Of a stretch of DNA of 64,000 nucleotides, positions 38,201-51,300 are shown piece after piece (position 1 is the first letter of the stretch; each line of letters begins with the position of its first letter). Source of the stretch: Eledone cirrhosa (taxonomy: Eukaryota); the NCBI GenBank assembly GCA_964016885.1, contig OZ024743.1:138508001-138572000 (forward strand), given 5' to 3'. Under the pieces are notes generated by a model. The model was given only the letters and a program-made list of their open reading frames with translations, ran no database searches and was not told the DNA's origin. Position numbers and translations under genes: made by a program.

Positions 38201-39370
38201 GTTTGGTGCTTGATGCTTGGTGTTTGGTGCTTTTTGCTTGGTGCTTGGTGCTTGGTGTTTGGTGCTTGATGCTTGGTGTTTGGTGCTGGGTGCTTGGTGC
38301 TTGGTGTTTGGTGTTTGGTGATTGGTGTTATATGATTGGTGTTTGATGCTTGGTGCTTGGTGCTTGGTGTTTGGTACTTGGTGATTGATGCTTGGTGCTT
38401 GGTGCTTGGTGTTTGGTGCTTGGTGCTTGGTGTTTGGTGCTTGGTGCTTGGTGTTTGGTGCTTGGTGTTTGGTGCTTGGTGTTTGGTGATTGGTGCTTGG
38501 TGCTTGGTGCTTGGTGCTTGGTGTTTGGTGGTTGGTGCTTGGTGCTTGGTGTTAGGTGTTTGGTGCTTGGTGCTTGGTGTTTGGTGTTTGGTGCTTGGTG
38601 TTTGGTGTTTGGTGCTTGGTGTTTGGTGCTTGGTACTTGGTGCTTGGTGCTTGGTGTTAGGTGTTTGGTGCTTGGTGCTTGGTGTCTGGTTTTTGGTGCT
38701 TGGTGCTTGGTGTTTGGTGTTTGGTGCTTGCTGCTGGCTGCTTGGTGTTTGGTGCTTGGTGATTGGTGCTTGGTGTTTGGTGCTTGGTGTTTGGTGTTTG
38801 GTGCTAGGTGCTTGGTGTTTGGTGCTTGGTGCTTGGTGTTTGTACTTGGTGCTTGGTGCTTGGTTCTTGGTGTTTGGTGCTTGGTGCTTGGTGTTTGGTG
38901 CTTGGTGCTTGGTGTTTGGTGCTTGGTGATTGGTGCTTGGTGTTTGGTGCTTGGTGCTTGGTGCTTGGTGTTTGGTGCTTGGTGTTTGGTGCTTGGTGTT
39001 AGGTCTTTGGTGCTTGGTGTTTGGTGTTATATGCTTGGTGTTTGATGCTTGGTGCTTGGTGCTTGGTGTTTGGTGCTTGGTGCTTGATGCTTGGTGCTTG
39101 GTTCTTGGTGTTTGGTGCTTGGTGCTTGGTGTTTGTACTTTGTGCTTGGTGCTTGGTTCTTGGTGTTTGGTGCTTGGTGCTTGGTGTTTGGTGCTTGGTG
39201 CTTGGTGTTTGGTGCTTAGTGTTTGGTGCTTGGTGCTTGGTGCTTGGTGCTTGGTGTTTGGTGCTTGGTGTTTGGTGCTTGGTGTTTGGTGCTTGGTGTT
39301 TGGTGTTTGTTGCTTGGTGCTTGGTGTTTGGTGTTTGGTGCTTGGTGTTTGGTACTTGGTGTTTGGTGTT
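35230..39370. repeat. Satellite sub-domain D (lacks the GCTGTATGTTG module; internally a diverged ~1.72 kb dimer)
   Basis: Private markers are GCTAGATGC (~35366), GGTACTTGGTGATTGATGC (~36577, 36731, 38373) and TAGGTCTTTGG (~37281, 39000). Internal ORF offsets are 1733 (35730/37463) and 1719 (37089/38808, 37302/39021). Confidence 0.75.
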
Positions 39371-39371
39371 A

Positions 39372-42361
39372 GGTGTTTGGTGCTTGGTGTTTGGTGTTTG
39401 GTGCTTGGTGTTTGGTGCTTGGTGCTTGGTGTTTGGTGCTTGGTACTTGGTGCTTGGTGCTTGGTGTTAGGTGTTTGGTGCTTGGTGCTTGGTGTTTGGT
39501 TTTTGGTGCTTGGTGCTTGGTGTTTGGTGTTTGGTGCTTGCTGCTGGCTGCTTGGTGTTTGATGCTTGGTGATTGGTGCTTGGTGTTTGGTGCTTGGTGT
39601 TTGGTGTTTGGTGCTAGGTGCCTGGTGTTTGGTGCTTGGTGCTTGGTGCTTGGTGTTTGGTGTTTGGTGTTTGGTGCTTGGTGCTTGGTGTTTGGTGCTT
39701 GGTGCTGGGTGGTTGGTGTTTAGTGCTTGGTGTTTGGTGCTGGGTGCTTGGTGTTTGGTGCTTGGTGTTTGGTGTTTGGTGCTTGGTGCTTGGTGTTTGG
39801 TGCTTGGTGTTTAGTGTTTGGTGCTTGGTGCTTAGTGTTTGGTGCTAGGTGCTTGGTGTTTGGTGCTTGGTGCTTGGTGTTTGGTGCCTGGTGCTTGGTG
39901 TTTGGTGTTTGGTGTTTGGTGCTTAGTGCTTGGTGTTTGGTGTTTGCTGTTTGCTGTTTGGTGTTTGGTGTTTGGTGTTTGTTGTTTGGTGTTTGCTGTT
40001 TGGTGTTTGGTGTTTGCTTTTTGGTGTTTGGTGTTTGCTGTATGTTGTTTGCTATTTGGTGTTTGGTGTTTGGCGTTTGGTGCTTGTTGCTTGGTGTTTG
40101 GTGCTTGGTGCTTGGTGTTTGGTTCCTGGTGCTTGGTGCTTGGTGCTTGGTGTTTGGTGTTTGGTGCTTGGTGCTTGGAGTTTTGTGTTTGGTGCTTGGT
40201 GTTTTGTGTTTCGTGTTTGGTTTTTGGTGCTTGGTGCTTGGTGCTTGGTCGTTGGTGTTTGGTGCTGGGTGCTTTGTCTTTGGTGCTTGGTGCTTGGTGC
40301 TTGGTGTTTGGTGTTTGCTGCTTGGTGTTTGATGCTTGGTGCTTGGTGCTTGGTGTTTTGTGTTTGGTGCTTGGTGTTTGGTGCTTGGTGCTTGGTGTTT
40401 GTACTTGGTGCTTGGTGCTTGGTGTTTGGTTCTTGGTTCTTGGTGTTTGGTGTTTGGCGATTGGTGTTTGGTGCTTGGTGCTTGGTGTTTGGTGCCTGGT
40501 GCTTGGTGCTTGGTGCTTGGTGTTTGGTGTTTGGTGCTTGGTGCTTGGAGTTTGGTGTTTGGTGCTTGGTGCTTGGTGTTTTGTGTTTGGTGCTTGGTGT
40601 TTGATGCTTGGTGCTTGGTGCTTGGTGTTTTGTGTTTGGTGCTTGGTTCTTGGTGTTTGGTGCTTGGTGCTTGGTGCTTGGTGTTTGTACTTGGTGCTTG
40701 GTGCTTGGTATTTGGTTCTTGGTTCTTGGTGTTTGGTACTTGGTGCTTGGTGCTTGGTGCTTGATGTTTGGTGTTTGGTGGTTGGTGTTTGGTGCTTGGT
40801 GCTTGGTGCTTGGTGTTTGGTGTTTGTTGCTTGGTGCTTGGTGTTTTGTGTTTGGTGCTTGGTTCTTGGTGTTTGGTGCTTGGTGCTTGGTGCTTGGTGT
40901 TTGTACTTGGTGTTTGGTGCTTGGTGTTTGGTGTTTGGTGCTTGGTGTTTGGTGCTTGGTGCTTGGTGTTTGGTGCTTGGTACTTGGTGCTTGGTGCTTG
41001 GTGTTAGGTGTTTGGTGCTTGGTGCTTGGTGTTTGGTTTTTGGTGCTTGGTGCTTGGTGTTTGGTGTTTGGTGCTTGCTGCTGGCTGCTTGGTGTTTGAT
41101 GCTTGGTGATTGGTGCTTGGTGTTTGGTGCTTGGTGTTTGGTGTTTGGTGCTAGGTGCCTGGTGTTTGGTGCTTGGTGCTTGGTGCTTGGTGTTTGGTGT
41201 TTGGTGTTTGGTGCTTGGTGCTTGGTGTTTGGTGCTTGGTGCTGGGTGGTTGGTGTTTAGTGCTTGGTGTTTGGTGCTGGGTGCTTGGTGTTTGGTGCTT
41301 GGTGTTTGGTGTTTGGTGCTTGGTGCTTGGTGTTTGGTGCTTGGTGTTTAGTGTTTGGTGCTTGGTGCTTAGTGTTTGGTGCTAGGTGCTTGGTGTTTGG
41401 TGCTTGGTGCTTGGTGTTTGGTGCCTGGTGCTTGGTGTTTGGTGTTTGGTGTTTGGTGCTTAGTGCTTGGTGTTTGGTGTTTGCTGTTTGCTGTTTGGTG
41501 TTTGGTGTTTGGTGTTTGTTGTTTGGTGTTTGCTGTTTGGTGTTTGGTGTTTGCTTTTTGGTGTTTGGTGTTTGCTGTATGTTGTTTGCTATTTGGTGTT
41601 TGGTGTTTGGCGTTTGGTGCTTGTTGCTTGGTGTTTGGTGCTTGGTGCTTGGTGTTTGGTTCCTGGTGCTTGGTGCTTGGTGCTTGGTGTTTGGTGTTTG
41701 GTGCTTGGTGCTTGGAGTTTTGTGTTTGGTGCTTGGTGCTTGGTGTTTTGTGTTTCGTGTTTGGTTTTTGGTGCTTGGTGCTTGGTGCTTGGTCGTTGGT
41801 GTTTGGTGCTGGGTGCTTTGTCTTTGGTGCTTGGTGCTTGGTGCTTGGTGTTTGGTGTTTGCTGCTTGGTGTTTGATGCTTGGTGCTTGGTGCTTGGTGT
41901 TTTGTGTTTGGTGCTTGGTGTTTGGTGCTTGGTGCTTGGTGTTTGTACTTGGTGCTTGGTGCTTGGTGTTTGGTTCTTGGTTCTTGGTGTTTGGTGTTTG
42001 GCGATTGGTGTTTGGTGCTTGGTGCTTGGTGTTTGGTGCCTGGTGCTTGGTGCTTGGTGCTTGGTGTTTGGTGTTTGGTGCTTGGTGCTTGGAGTTTGGT
42101 GTTTGGTGCTTGGTGCTTGGTGTTTTGTGTTTGGTGCTTGGTGTTTGATGCTTGGTGCTTGGTGCTTGGTGTTTTGTGTTTGGTGCTTGGTTCTTGGTGT
42201 TTGGTGCTTGGTGCTTGGTGCTTGGTGTTTGTACTTGGTGCTTGGTGCTTGGTATTTGGTTCTTGGTTCTTGGTGTTTGGTACTTGGTGCTTGGTGCTTG
42301 GTGCTTGATGTTTGGTGTTTGGTGGTTGGTGTTTGGTGCTTGGTGCTTGGTGCTTGGTGTT
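39372..42361. repeat. Tandem duplication, period 1537/1544 bp (partial A' monomer)
   Basis: ORF pairs 39566/41103, 39727/41264 and 39930/41467 differ by 1537; 40336/41880 and 40608/42152 differ by 1544, a one-unit indel near 40200. Shared markers include GCTAGGTGCCTGG and TTGGCGTTTGG. Confidence 0.88.
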
Positions 42362-45300
42362 AGGTGTTTGGTGCTTGGTCCTTGGTGTTTGGTGCTTGGT
42401 GTTTGGTGTTTGCTGTCTGCTTTTTGGTGTTTAGTGTTTGCTGTATGGTGTTTGGTGTTTGCTGTTTGGTGTTTGTTCTTTGGTGCTTGGTGTTTGGTGC
42501 TTGGTGCTTGGTGTTTGGTGTTTGGTGCTTGGTGCTTGGTGTTTGGTGTTATATGCTTGGTGTTTGGTGCTTGGTGTTTATACTTGGTGCTTGGTGCTTG
42601 GTGCTGGGTGTTTGGTGCTTGGTGTTTGGTGCTTGGTGCTTGGTGCTTGGTGCTTGGTGCTTGGTGTTTGGTGGTTGGTGTTTGGTGCTTGGTGTTAGGT
42701 GTTTGGTGATTGGTGCTTGGTGTTTGGTGTTTGGTGCTTGGTGTTTGGTGTTTGGTGCTTGGTGTTTGGTGCTTGGTACTTGGTGCTTGGTGCTTGTTGT
42801 TAGGTGTTTGGTGCTTGGTGTTTGGTGCTTGGTGTTTGGTGCTTGGTGCTTGGTGCTTGGTGCTTGGTGTTTGGTGGTTGGTGTTTGGTGCTTGGTGTTA
42901 GGTGTTTGGTGCTTGGTGCTTGGTGTTTGGTGTTTGGTGCTTGGTGTTTGGTGTTTGGTGCTTGGTGTTTGGTGCTTTTTGCTTGGTGCTTGGTGCTTGG
43001 TGTTTGGTGCTTGGTGCTTGGTGTTTGGTGTTTGGTGCTGGGTGCTTGGTGTTTGGTGTTTGGTGTTATATGCTTGGGGTTTGATGCTTGGTGCTTGGTG
43101 CTTGGTGTTTGGTGTTTGGTGCTTGGTGTTTGATGCTTGGTGCTTGGTGCTTGGTGTTTGGTGCTTGGTGCTTGGTGTTTGGTGCTTGGTGCTTGGTGTT
43201 TGGTGCTTGGTGTTTGGTGCTTGGTGTTTGGTGCTTGGTCCTTGGTGCTTGGTGCTTGGTGTTTGGTGGTTGGTGCTTGGTGCTTGGTGTTAGGTGTTTG
43301 GTGCTTGGTGTTTGGTGCTTGGTACTTGGTGCTTGGTGCTTGGTGTTAGGTGTTTGGTGCTTGGTGTTTGGTGTCTGGTTTTAGGTGCTTGGTGCTTGGT
43401 GTTTGGTGCTTGCTGCTGGCTGCTTGGTGTTTGGTGCTTGGTGATTGGTGCCTGGTGTTTGGTGCTTGGTGTTTGGTGTTTGGTGCTAGGTGCTTGGTGT
43501 TTGGTGCTTGGTGCTTGGTGTTTGTACTTGGTGCTTGGTGCTTGGTTCTTGGTGTTTGGTGCTTGGTGCTTGGTGTTTGGTGCTTGGTGTTTGGTGCTTG
43601 GTGTTAGGTGTTTGGTGCTTGGTGCTTGGTGTTTGGTGCTTGGTGTTTGATGCTTGGTGCTTTGTGCTTGGTGTTTGGTGCTTGGTGCTTGGTGTTTGTA
43701 CTTGGTGCTTGGTGCTTGGTTCTTGGTGTTTGGTGCTTGGTGCTTGGTGTTTGGTGTTTGGTGCTTGGTGTTTGGTGCTTGGTGTTTGGTGCTTGGTGCT
43801 TGGTGTTTGGTGCTTGGTGCTGGGTGGTTGGTGTTTAGTGCTTGGTGTTTGGTGCTGGGTGCTTGGTGTTTGGTGCTTGGTGTTTGGTGTTTGGTGCTTG
43901 GTGCTTGGTGTTTGGTGCTTGGTGTTTAGTGTTTGGTGCTTGGTGCTTAGTGTTTGGTGCTAGGTGCTTGGTGTTTGGTGCTTGGTGCTTGGTGTTTGGT
44001 GCCTGGTGCTTGGTGTTTGGTGTTTGGTGTTTGGTGCTTGGTGCTTGGTGTTTGGTGTTTGCTGTTTGCTGTTTGGTGTTTGGTGTTTGGTGTTTGTTGT
44101 TTGGTGTTTGCTGTTTGGTGTTTGGTGTTTGCTTTTTGGTGTTTGGTGTTTGCTGTATGTTGTTTGCTGTTTGGTGTTTGGTGTTTGGTGTTTGGTGCTT
44201 GTTGCTTGGTGTTTGGTGCTTGGTGCTTGGTGTTTGGTTCCTGGTGCTTGGTGCTTGGTGCTTGGTGTTTGGTGTTTGGTGCTTGGTGCTTGGAGTTTTG
44301 TGTTTGGTGCTTGGTGCTTGGTGTTTTGTGTTTCGTGTTTGGTTTTTGGTGCTTGGTGCTTGGTGCTTGGTCCTTGGTGTTTGGTGCTGGGTGCTTTGTG
44401 TTTGGTGCTTGGTGCTTGGTGCTTGGTGTTTGGTGTTTGGTGTTTGATGCTTGGTGTTTGGTGCTTGGTGTTTTGTGTTTGGTGCTTGGTGTTTGGTGCT
44501 TGGTGTTTGTACTTGGTGCTTGGTGCTTGGTGTTTGGTTCTTGGTTCTTGGTGTTTGGTGTTTGGCGATTGGTGTTTGGTGCTTGGTGCTTGGTGTTTGG
44601 TCTTTGGTGCTTGGTGTTTGGTGCTTGGTGCTTGGTGTTTGGTGTTTGGTGCTTGGTGCTTGGTGTTTGGTGTTATATGCTTGATGTTTGATGCTTGGTG
44701 CTTGGTGCTTGGTGTTTGGTGTTTGGTGTTTGTACTTGGTGCTTGTTGCTTGGTGCTTGGTGTTTGGTGCTTGGTGTTTGGTGCTTGGTGCTTGGTGCTT
44801 CGTGCTTGGTGCTTGGTGTTTGGTGGTTGGTGTTTGGTGCTTGGTGTTAGGTGTTTGGTGCTTGGTGCTTGGTGTTTGGTGTTTGGTGCTTGGTGTTTGG
44901 TGTTTGGTGCTTGGTGTTTGGTGCTTGGTACTTGGTGCTTGGTGCTTGGTGTTAGGTGTTTGGTGCTTGGTGTTTGGTGCTTGGTGTTTGGTGCTTCGTG
45001 CTTGGTGCTTGGTGCTTGGTGTTTGGTGGCTGGTGTTTGGTGCTTGGTGTTAGGTGTTTGGTGCTTGGTGCTTGGTGTTTGGTGTTTGGTGCTTGGTGTT
45101 TGGTGTTTGGTGCTTGGTGTTTGCTGCTTTTTGCTTGGTGCTTGGTGTTTGGTGTTTGGTGCTTGGTGTTTGGTGTTTGGAGCTTGGTGTTTGGTGCTTT
45201 TTGCTTGGTGCTTGGTGCTTGGTGTTTGGTGCTTGGTGCTTGGTGTTTGGTGCTGGGTGCTTGGTGTTTGGTGTTTGGTGTTATATGCTTGGTGTTTGAT

Positions 45301-48300
45301 GCTTGGTGCTTGGTGCTTGGTGTTTGGTGTTTGGTGCTTGGTGTTTGATGCTTGGTGCTTGGTGCTTGGTGTTTGGTGCTTGGTGCTTGGTGTTTGGTGC
45401 TTGGTGCTTGGTGTTTGGTGCTAGGTGTTTGGTGCTTGGTGTTTGGTGCTTGGTGCTTGGTGCTTGGTGCTTGGTGTTTGGTGGTTGGTGCTTGGTGCTT
45501 GTTGTTTGGTGTTTGGTGCTTGGTGTTTGGTGCTTGGTACTTGGTGCTTGGTGCTTGGTGTTAGTTGTTTGGTGCTTGGTGTTTGGTGTCTGGTTTTTGG
45601 TGCTTGGTGCTTGGTGTTTGGTGCTTGCTGCTGGCTGCTTGGTGTTTGGTGCTTGGTGATTGGTGCCTGGTGTTTGGTGCTTGGTGTTTGGTGTTTGGTG
45701 CTAGGTGGTTGGTGTTTGGTGCTTGGTGCTTGGTGTTTGTACTTGGTGCTTGGTGCTTGGTTCTTGGTGTTTGGTGCTTGGTGCTTGGTGTTTGGTGCTT
45801 GGTGCTTGGTGTTTGGTGCTTGGTGTTTGGTGCTTGGTGTTTGGTGCTTGGTGCTTGGTGCTTGGTGTTTGGTGCTTGGTGTTTGGTGCTTGGTGTTAGG
45901 TGTTTGGTGCTTGGTGCTTGGTGTTTGGTGTTTGGTTCTTGGTGTTTGGTGTTTGGTGTTATATGCTTGGTGTTTGATGCTTGGTGCTTGGTGCTTAGTG
46001 TTTGGTGCTTGGTGTTTGATGCTTGGTGCTTGGTGCTTGGTGTTTGGTGCTTGGTGCTTGGTGTTTGTACTTGGTGCTTGGTGCTTGGTTCTTGGTGTTT
46101 GGTGCTTGGTGCTTGGTGTTTGGTGTTTGGTGCTTGGTGTTTGGTGCTTGGTGTTTGGTGCTTGGTGCTTGGTGTTTGGTGCTTGGTGCTGGGTGGTTGG
46201 TGTTTAGTGCTTGGTGTTTGGTGCTTGGTGCTTGGTGTTTGGTGCTTGGTGTTTGGTGTTTGGTGCTTGGTGCTTGGTGTTTGGTGCTTGGTGTTTAGTG
46301 TTTGGTGCTTGGTGCTTAGTGTTTGGTGCTAGGTGCTTGGTGTTTGGTGCTTGGTGCTTGGTGTTTGGTGCCTGGTGCTTGGTGTTTGGTGTTTGGTGTT
46401 TGGTGCTTGGTGCTTGGTGTTTGGTGTTTGCTGTTTGCTGTTTGGTGTTTGGTGTTTGGTGTTTGTTGTTTGGTGTTAGCTGTTTGGTGTTTGGTGTTTG
46501 CTTTTTGGTGTTTGGTGTTTGCTGTATGTTGTTTGCTGTTTGGTGTTTGGTGTTTGGTGTTTGGTGCTTGTTGCTTGGTGTTTGGTGCTTGGTGCTTGGT
46601 GTTTGGTTCCTGGTGCTTGGTGCTTGGTGCTTGGTGTTTGGTGTTTGGTGCTTGGTGCTTGGAGTTTTGTGTTTGGTGCTTGGTGCTTGGTGTTTTGTGT
46701 TTCGTGTTTGGTTTTTGGTGCTTGGTGCTTGGTGCTTGGTCCTTGGTGTTTGGTGCTGGGTGCTTTGTGTTTGGGGCTTGGTGCTTGGTGCTTGGTGTTT
46801 GGTGTTTGCTGCTTGGTGTTTGATGCTTGGTGCTTGGTGTTTTGTGTTTGGTGCTTGGTGTTTGGTGCTTGGTGCTTGGTGTTTGTACTTGGTGCTTGGT
46901 GCTTGGTGTTTGGTTCTTGGTTCTTGGTGTTTGGTGTTTGGCGATTGGTGTTTGGTGCTTGGTGCTTGGTGTTTGGTGCCTGGTGCTTGGTGCTTGGTGC
47001 TTGGTGTTTCGTGTTTGGTGCTTGGTGCTTGGAGTTTGGTGTTTGGTGCTTGGTGCTTGGTGTTTTGTGTTTGGTGCTTGGTGTTTGATGCTTGGTGCTT
47101 GGTGCTTGGTGTTTTGTGTTTGGTGCTTGGTTCTTGGTGTTTGGTGCTTGGTGCTTGGTGCTTGGTGTTTGTACTTGGTGCTTGGTGCTTGGTGTTTGGT
47201 TCTTGGTTCTTGGTGTTTTGTACTTGGTGCTTGGTGCTTGGTGCTTGATGTTTGGTGTTTGGTGGTTGGTGTTTGGTGCTTGGTGCTTGGTGCTTGGTGT
47301 TAGGTGTTTGGTGCTTGGTCCTTGGTGTTTGGTGCTTGGTGTTTGGTGTTTGCTGTCTGCTTTTTGGTGTTTAGTGTTTGCTGTATGGTGTTTGGTGTTT
47401 GCTGTTTGGTGTTTGGTCTTTGGTGCTTGGTGTTTGGTGCTTGGTGCTTGGTGTTTGGTGTTTGGTGCTTGGTGCTTGGTGTTTGGTGTTATACGCTTGG
47501 TGTTTGATGCTTGGTGCTTTGTGCTTGGTGTTTGGTGTTTGGTGTTTGTACTTGGTGCTTGGTGCTTGGTGCTTGGTGTTTGGTGCTTGGTGTTTGGTGC
47601 TTGGTGCTTGGTGCTTGGTGCTTGGTGCTTGGTGCTTGGTGCTGGGTGGTTGGTGTTTAGTGCTTGGTGTTTGGTGCTGGGTGCTTGGTGTTTGGTGCTT
47701 GGTGTTTGGTGTTTGGTGCTTGGTGCTTGGTGTTTGGTGCTTGGTGTTTAGTGTTTGGTGCTTGGTGCTTAGTGTTTGGTGCTAGGTGCTTGGTGTTTGG
47801 TGCTTGGTGCTTGGTGTTTGGTGCCTGGTGCTTGGTGTTTGGTGTTTGGTGTTTGGTGCTTAGTGCTTGGTGTTTGGTGTTTGCTGTTTGCTGTTTGGTG
47901 TTTGGTGTTTGGTGTTTGTTGTTTGGTGTTTGCTGTTTGGTGTTTGGTGTTTGCTTTTTGGTGTTTGGTGTTTGCTGTATGTTGTTTGCTATTTGGTGTT
48001 TGGTGTTTGGCGTTTGGTGCTTGTTGCTTGGTGTTTGGTGCTTGGTGCTTGGTGTTTGGTTCCTGGTGCTTGGTGCTTGGTGCTTGGTGTTTGGTTTTTG
48101 GTGCTTGGTGCTTGGAGTTTTGTGTTTGGTGCTTGGTGCTTGGTGTTTTGTGTTTCGTGTTTGGTTTTTGGTGCTTGGTGCTTGGTGCTTGGTCGTTGGT
48201 GTTTGGTGCTGGGTGCTTTGTCTTTGGTGCTTGGTGCTTGGTGCTTGGTGTTTGGTGTTTGCTGCTTGGTGTTTGATGCTTGGTGCTTGGTGCTTGGTGT

Positions 48301-51300
48301 TTTGTGTTTGGTGCTTGGTGTTTGGTGCTTGGTGCTTGGTGTTTGTACTTGGTGCTTGGTGCTTGGTGTTTGGTTCTTGGTTCTTGGTGTTTGGTGTTTG
48401 GCGATTGGTGTTTGGTGCTTGGTGCTTGGTGTTTGGTGCCTGGTGCTTGGTGCTTGGTGCTTGGTGTTTGGTGTTTGGTGCTTGGTGCTTGGAGTTTGGT
48501 GTTTGGTGCTTGGTGCTTGGTGTTTTGTGTTTGGTGCTTGGTGTTTGATGCTTGGTGCTTGGTGCTTGGTGTTTTGTGTTTGGTGCTTGGTTCTTGGTGT
48601 TTGGTGCTTGGTGCTTGGTGCTTGGTGTTTGTACTTGGTGCTTGGTGCTTGGTATTTGGTTCTTGGTTCTTGGTGTTTGGTACTTGGTGCTTGGTGCTTG
48701 GTGCTTGATGTTTGGTGTTTGGTGGTTGGTGTTTGGTGCTTGGTGCTTGGTGCTTGGTGTTAGGTGTTTGGTGCTTGGTCCTTGGTGTTTGGTGCTTGGT
48801 GTTTGGTGTTTGCTGTCTGCTTTTTGGTGTTTAGTGTTTGCTGTATGGTGTTTGGTGTTTGCTGTTTGGTGTTTGTTCTTTGGTGCTTGGTGTTTGGTGC
48901 TTGGTGCTTGGTGTTTGGTGTTTGGTGCTTGGTGCTTGGTGTTTGGTGTTATATGCTTGGTGTTTGATGCTTGGTGCTTGGTGCTTGGTGTTTGGTGCTT
49001 GGTGTTTATACTTGGTGCTTGGTGCTTGGTGCTGGGTGTTTGGTGCTTGGTGTTTGGTGCTTGGTGCTTGGTGCTTGGTGCTTGGTGCTTGGTGTTTGGT
49101 GGTTGGTGTTTGGTGCTTGGTGTTAGGTGTTTGGTGATTGGTGCTTGGTGTTTGGTGTTTGGTGCTTGGTGTTTGGTGTTTGGTGCTTGGTGTTTGGTGC
49201 TTGGTACTTGGTGCTTGGTGCTTGTTGTTAGGTGTTTGGTGCTTGGTGTTTGGTGCTTGGTGTTTGGTGCTTGGTGCTTGGTGCTTGGTGCTTGGTGTTT
49301 GGTGGTTGGTGTTTGGTGCTTGGTGTTAGGTGTTTGGTGCTTGGTGCTTGGTGTTTGGTGTTTGGTGCTTGGTGTTTGGTGTTTGGTGCTTGGTGTTTGG
49401 TGCTTTTTGCTTGGTGCTTGGTGCTTGGTGTTTGGTGCTTGGTGCTTGGTGTTTGGTGTTTGGTGCTGGGTGCTTGGTGTTTGGTGTTTGGTGTTATATG
49501 CTTGGGGTTTGATGCTTGGTGCTTGGTGCTTGGTGTTTGGTGTTTGGTGCTTGGTGTTTGATGCTTGGTGCTTGGTGCTTGGTGTTGGGTGCTTGGTGCT
49601 TGGTGTTTGGTGCTTGGTGCTTGGTGTTTGGTGCTTGGTGTTTGGTGCTTGGTGTTTGGTGCTTGGTCCTTGGTGCTTGGTGCTTGGTGTTTGGTGGTTG
49701 GTGCTTGGTGCTTGGTGTTAGGTGTTTGGTGCTTGGTGTTTGGTGCTTGGTACTTGGTGCTTGGTGCTTGGTGTTAGGTGTTTGGTGCTTGGTGTTTGGT
49801 GTCTGGTTTTAGGTGCTTGGTGCTTGGTGTTTGGTGCTTGCTGCTGGCTGCTTGGTGTTTGGTGCTTGGTGATTGGTGCCTGGTGTTTGGTGCTTGGTGT
49901 TTGGTGTTTGGTGCTAGGTGCTTGGTGTTTGGTGCTTGGTGCTTGGTGTTTGTACTTGGTGCTTGGTGCTTGGTTCTTGGTGTTTGGTGCTTGGTGCTTG
50001 GTGTTTGGTGCTTGGTGTTTGGTGCTTGGTGTTAGGTGTTTGGTGCTTGGTGCTTGGTGTTTGGTGCTTGGTGTTTGATGCTTGGTGCTTTGTGCTTGGT
50101 GTTTGGTGCTTGGTGCTTGGTGTTTGTACTTGGTGCTTGGTGCTTGGTTCTTGGTGTTTGGTGCTTGGTGCTTGGTGTTTGGTGTTTGGTGCTTGGTGTT
50201 TGGTGCTTGGTGTTTGGTGCTTGGTGCTTGGTGTTTGGTGCTTGGTGCTGGGTGGTTGGTGTTTAGTGCTTGGTGTTTGGTGCTGGGTGCTTGGTGTTTG
50301 GTGCTTGGTGTTTGGTGTTTGGTGCTTGGTGCTTGGTGTTTGGTGCTTGGTGTTTAGTGTTTGGTGCTTGGTGCTTAGTGTTTGGTGCTAGGTGCTTGGT
50401 GTTTGGTGCTTGGTGCTTGGTGTTTGGTGCCTGGTGCTTGGTGTTTGGTGTTTGGTGTTTGGTGCTTGGTGCTTGGTGTTTGGTGTTTGCTGTTTGCTGT
50501 TTGGTGTTTGGTGTTTGGTGTTTGTTGTTTGGTGTTTGCTGTTTGGTGTTTGGTGTTTGCTTTTTGGTGTTTGGTGTTTGCTGTATGTTGTTTGCTGTTT
50601 GGTGTTTGGTGTTTGGTGTTTGGTGCTTGTTGCTTGGTGTTTGGTGCTTGGTGCTTGGTGTTTGGTTCCTGGTGCTTGGTGCTTGGTGCTTGGTGTTTGG
50701 TGTTTGGTGCTTGGTGCTTGGAGTTTTGTGTTTGGTGCTTGGTGCTTGGTGTTTTGTGTTTCGTGTTTGGTTTTTGGTGCTTGGTGCTTGGTGCTTGGTC
50801 CTTGGTGTTTGGTGCTGGGTGCTTTGTGTTTGGTGCTTGGTGCTTGGTGCTTGGTGTTTGGTGTTTGGTGTTTGATGCTTGGTGTTTGGTGCTTGGTGTT
50901 TTGTGTTTGGTGCTTGGTGTTTGGTGCTTGGTGTTTGTACTTGGTGCTTGGTGCTTGGTGTTTGGTTCTTGGTTCTTGGTGTTTGGTGTTTGGCGATTGG
51001 TGTTTGGTGCTTGGTGCTTGGTGTTTGGTCTTTGGTGCTTGGTGTTTGGTGCTTGGTGCTTGGTGTTTGGTGTTTGGTGCTTGGTGCTTGGTGTTTGGTG
51101 TTATATGCTTGATGTTTGATGCTTGGTGCTTGGTGCTTGGTGTTTGGTGTTTGGTGTTTGTACTTGGTGCTTGTTGCTTGGTGCTTGGTGTTTGGTGCTT
51201 GGTGTTTGGTGCTTGGTGCTTGGTGCTTCGTGCTTGGTGCTTGGTGTTTGGTGGTTGGTGTTTGGTGCTTGGTGTTAGGTGTTTGGTGCTTGGTGCTTGG

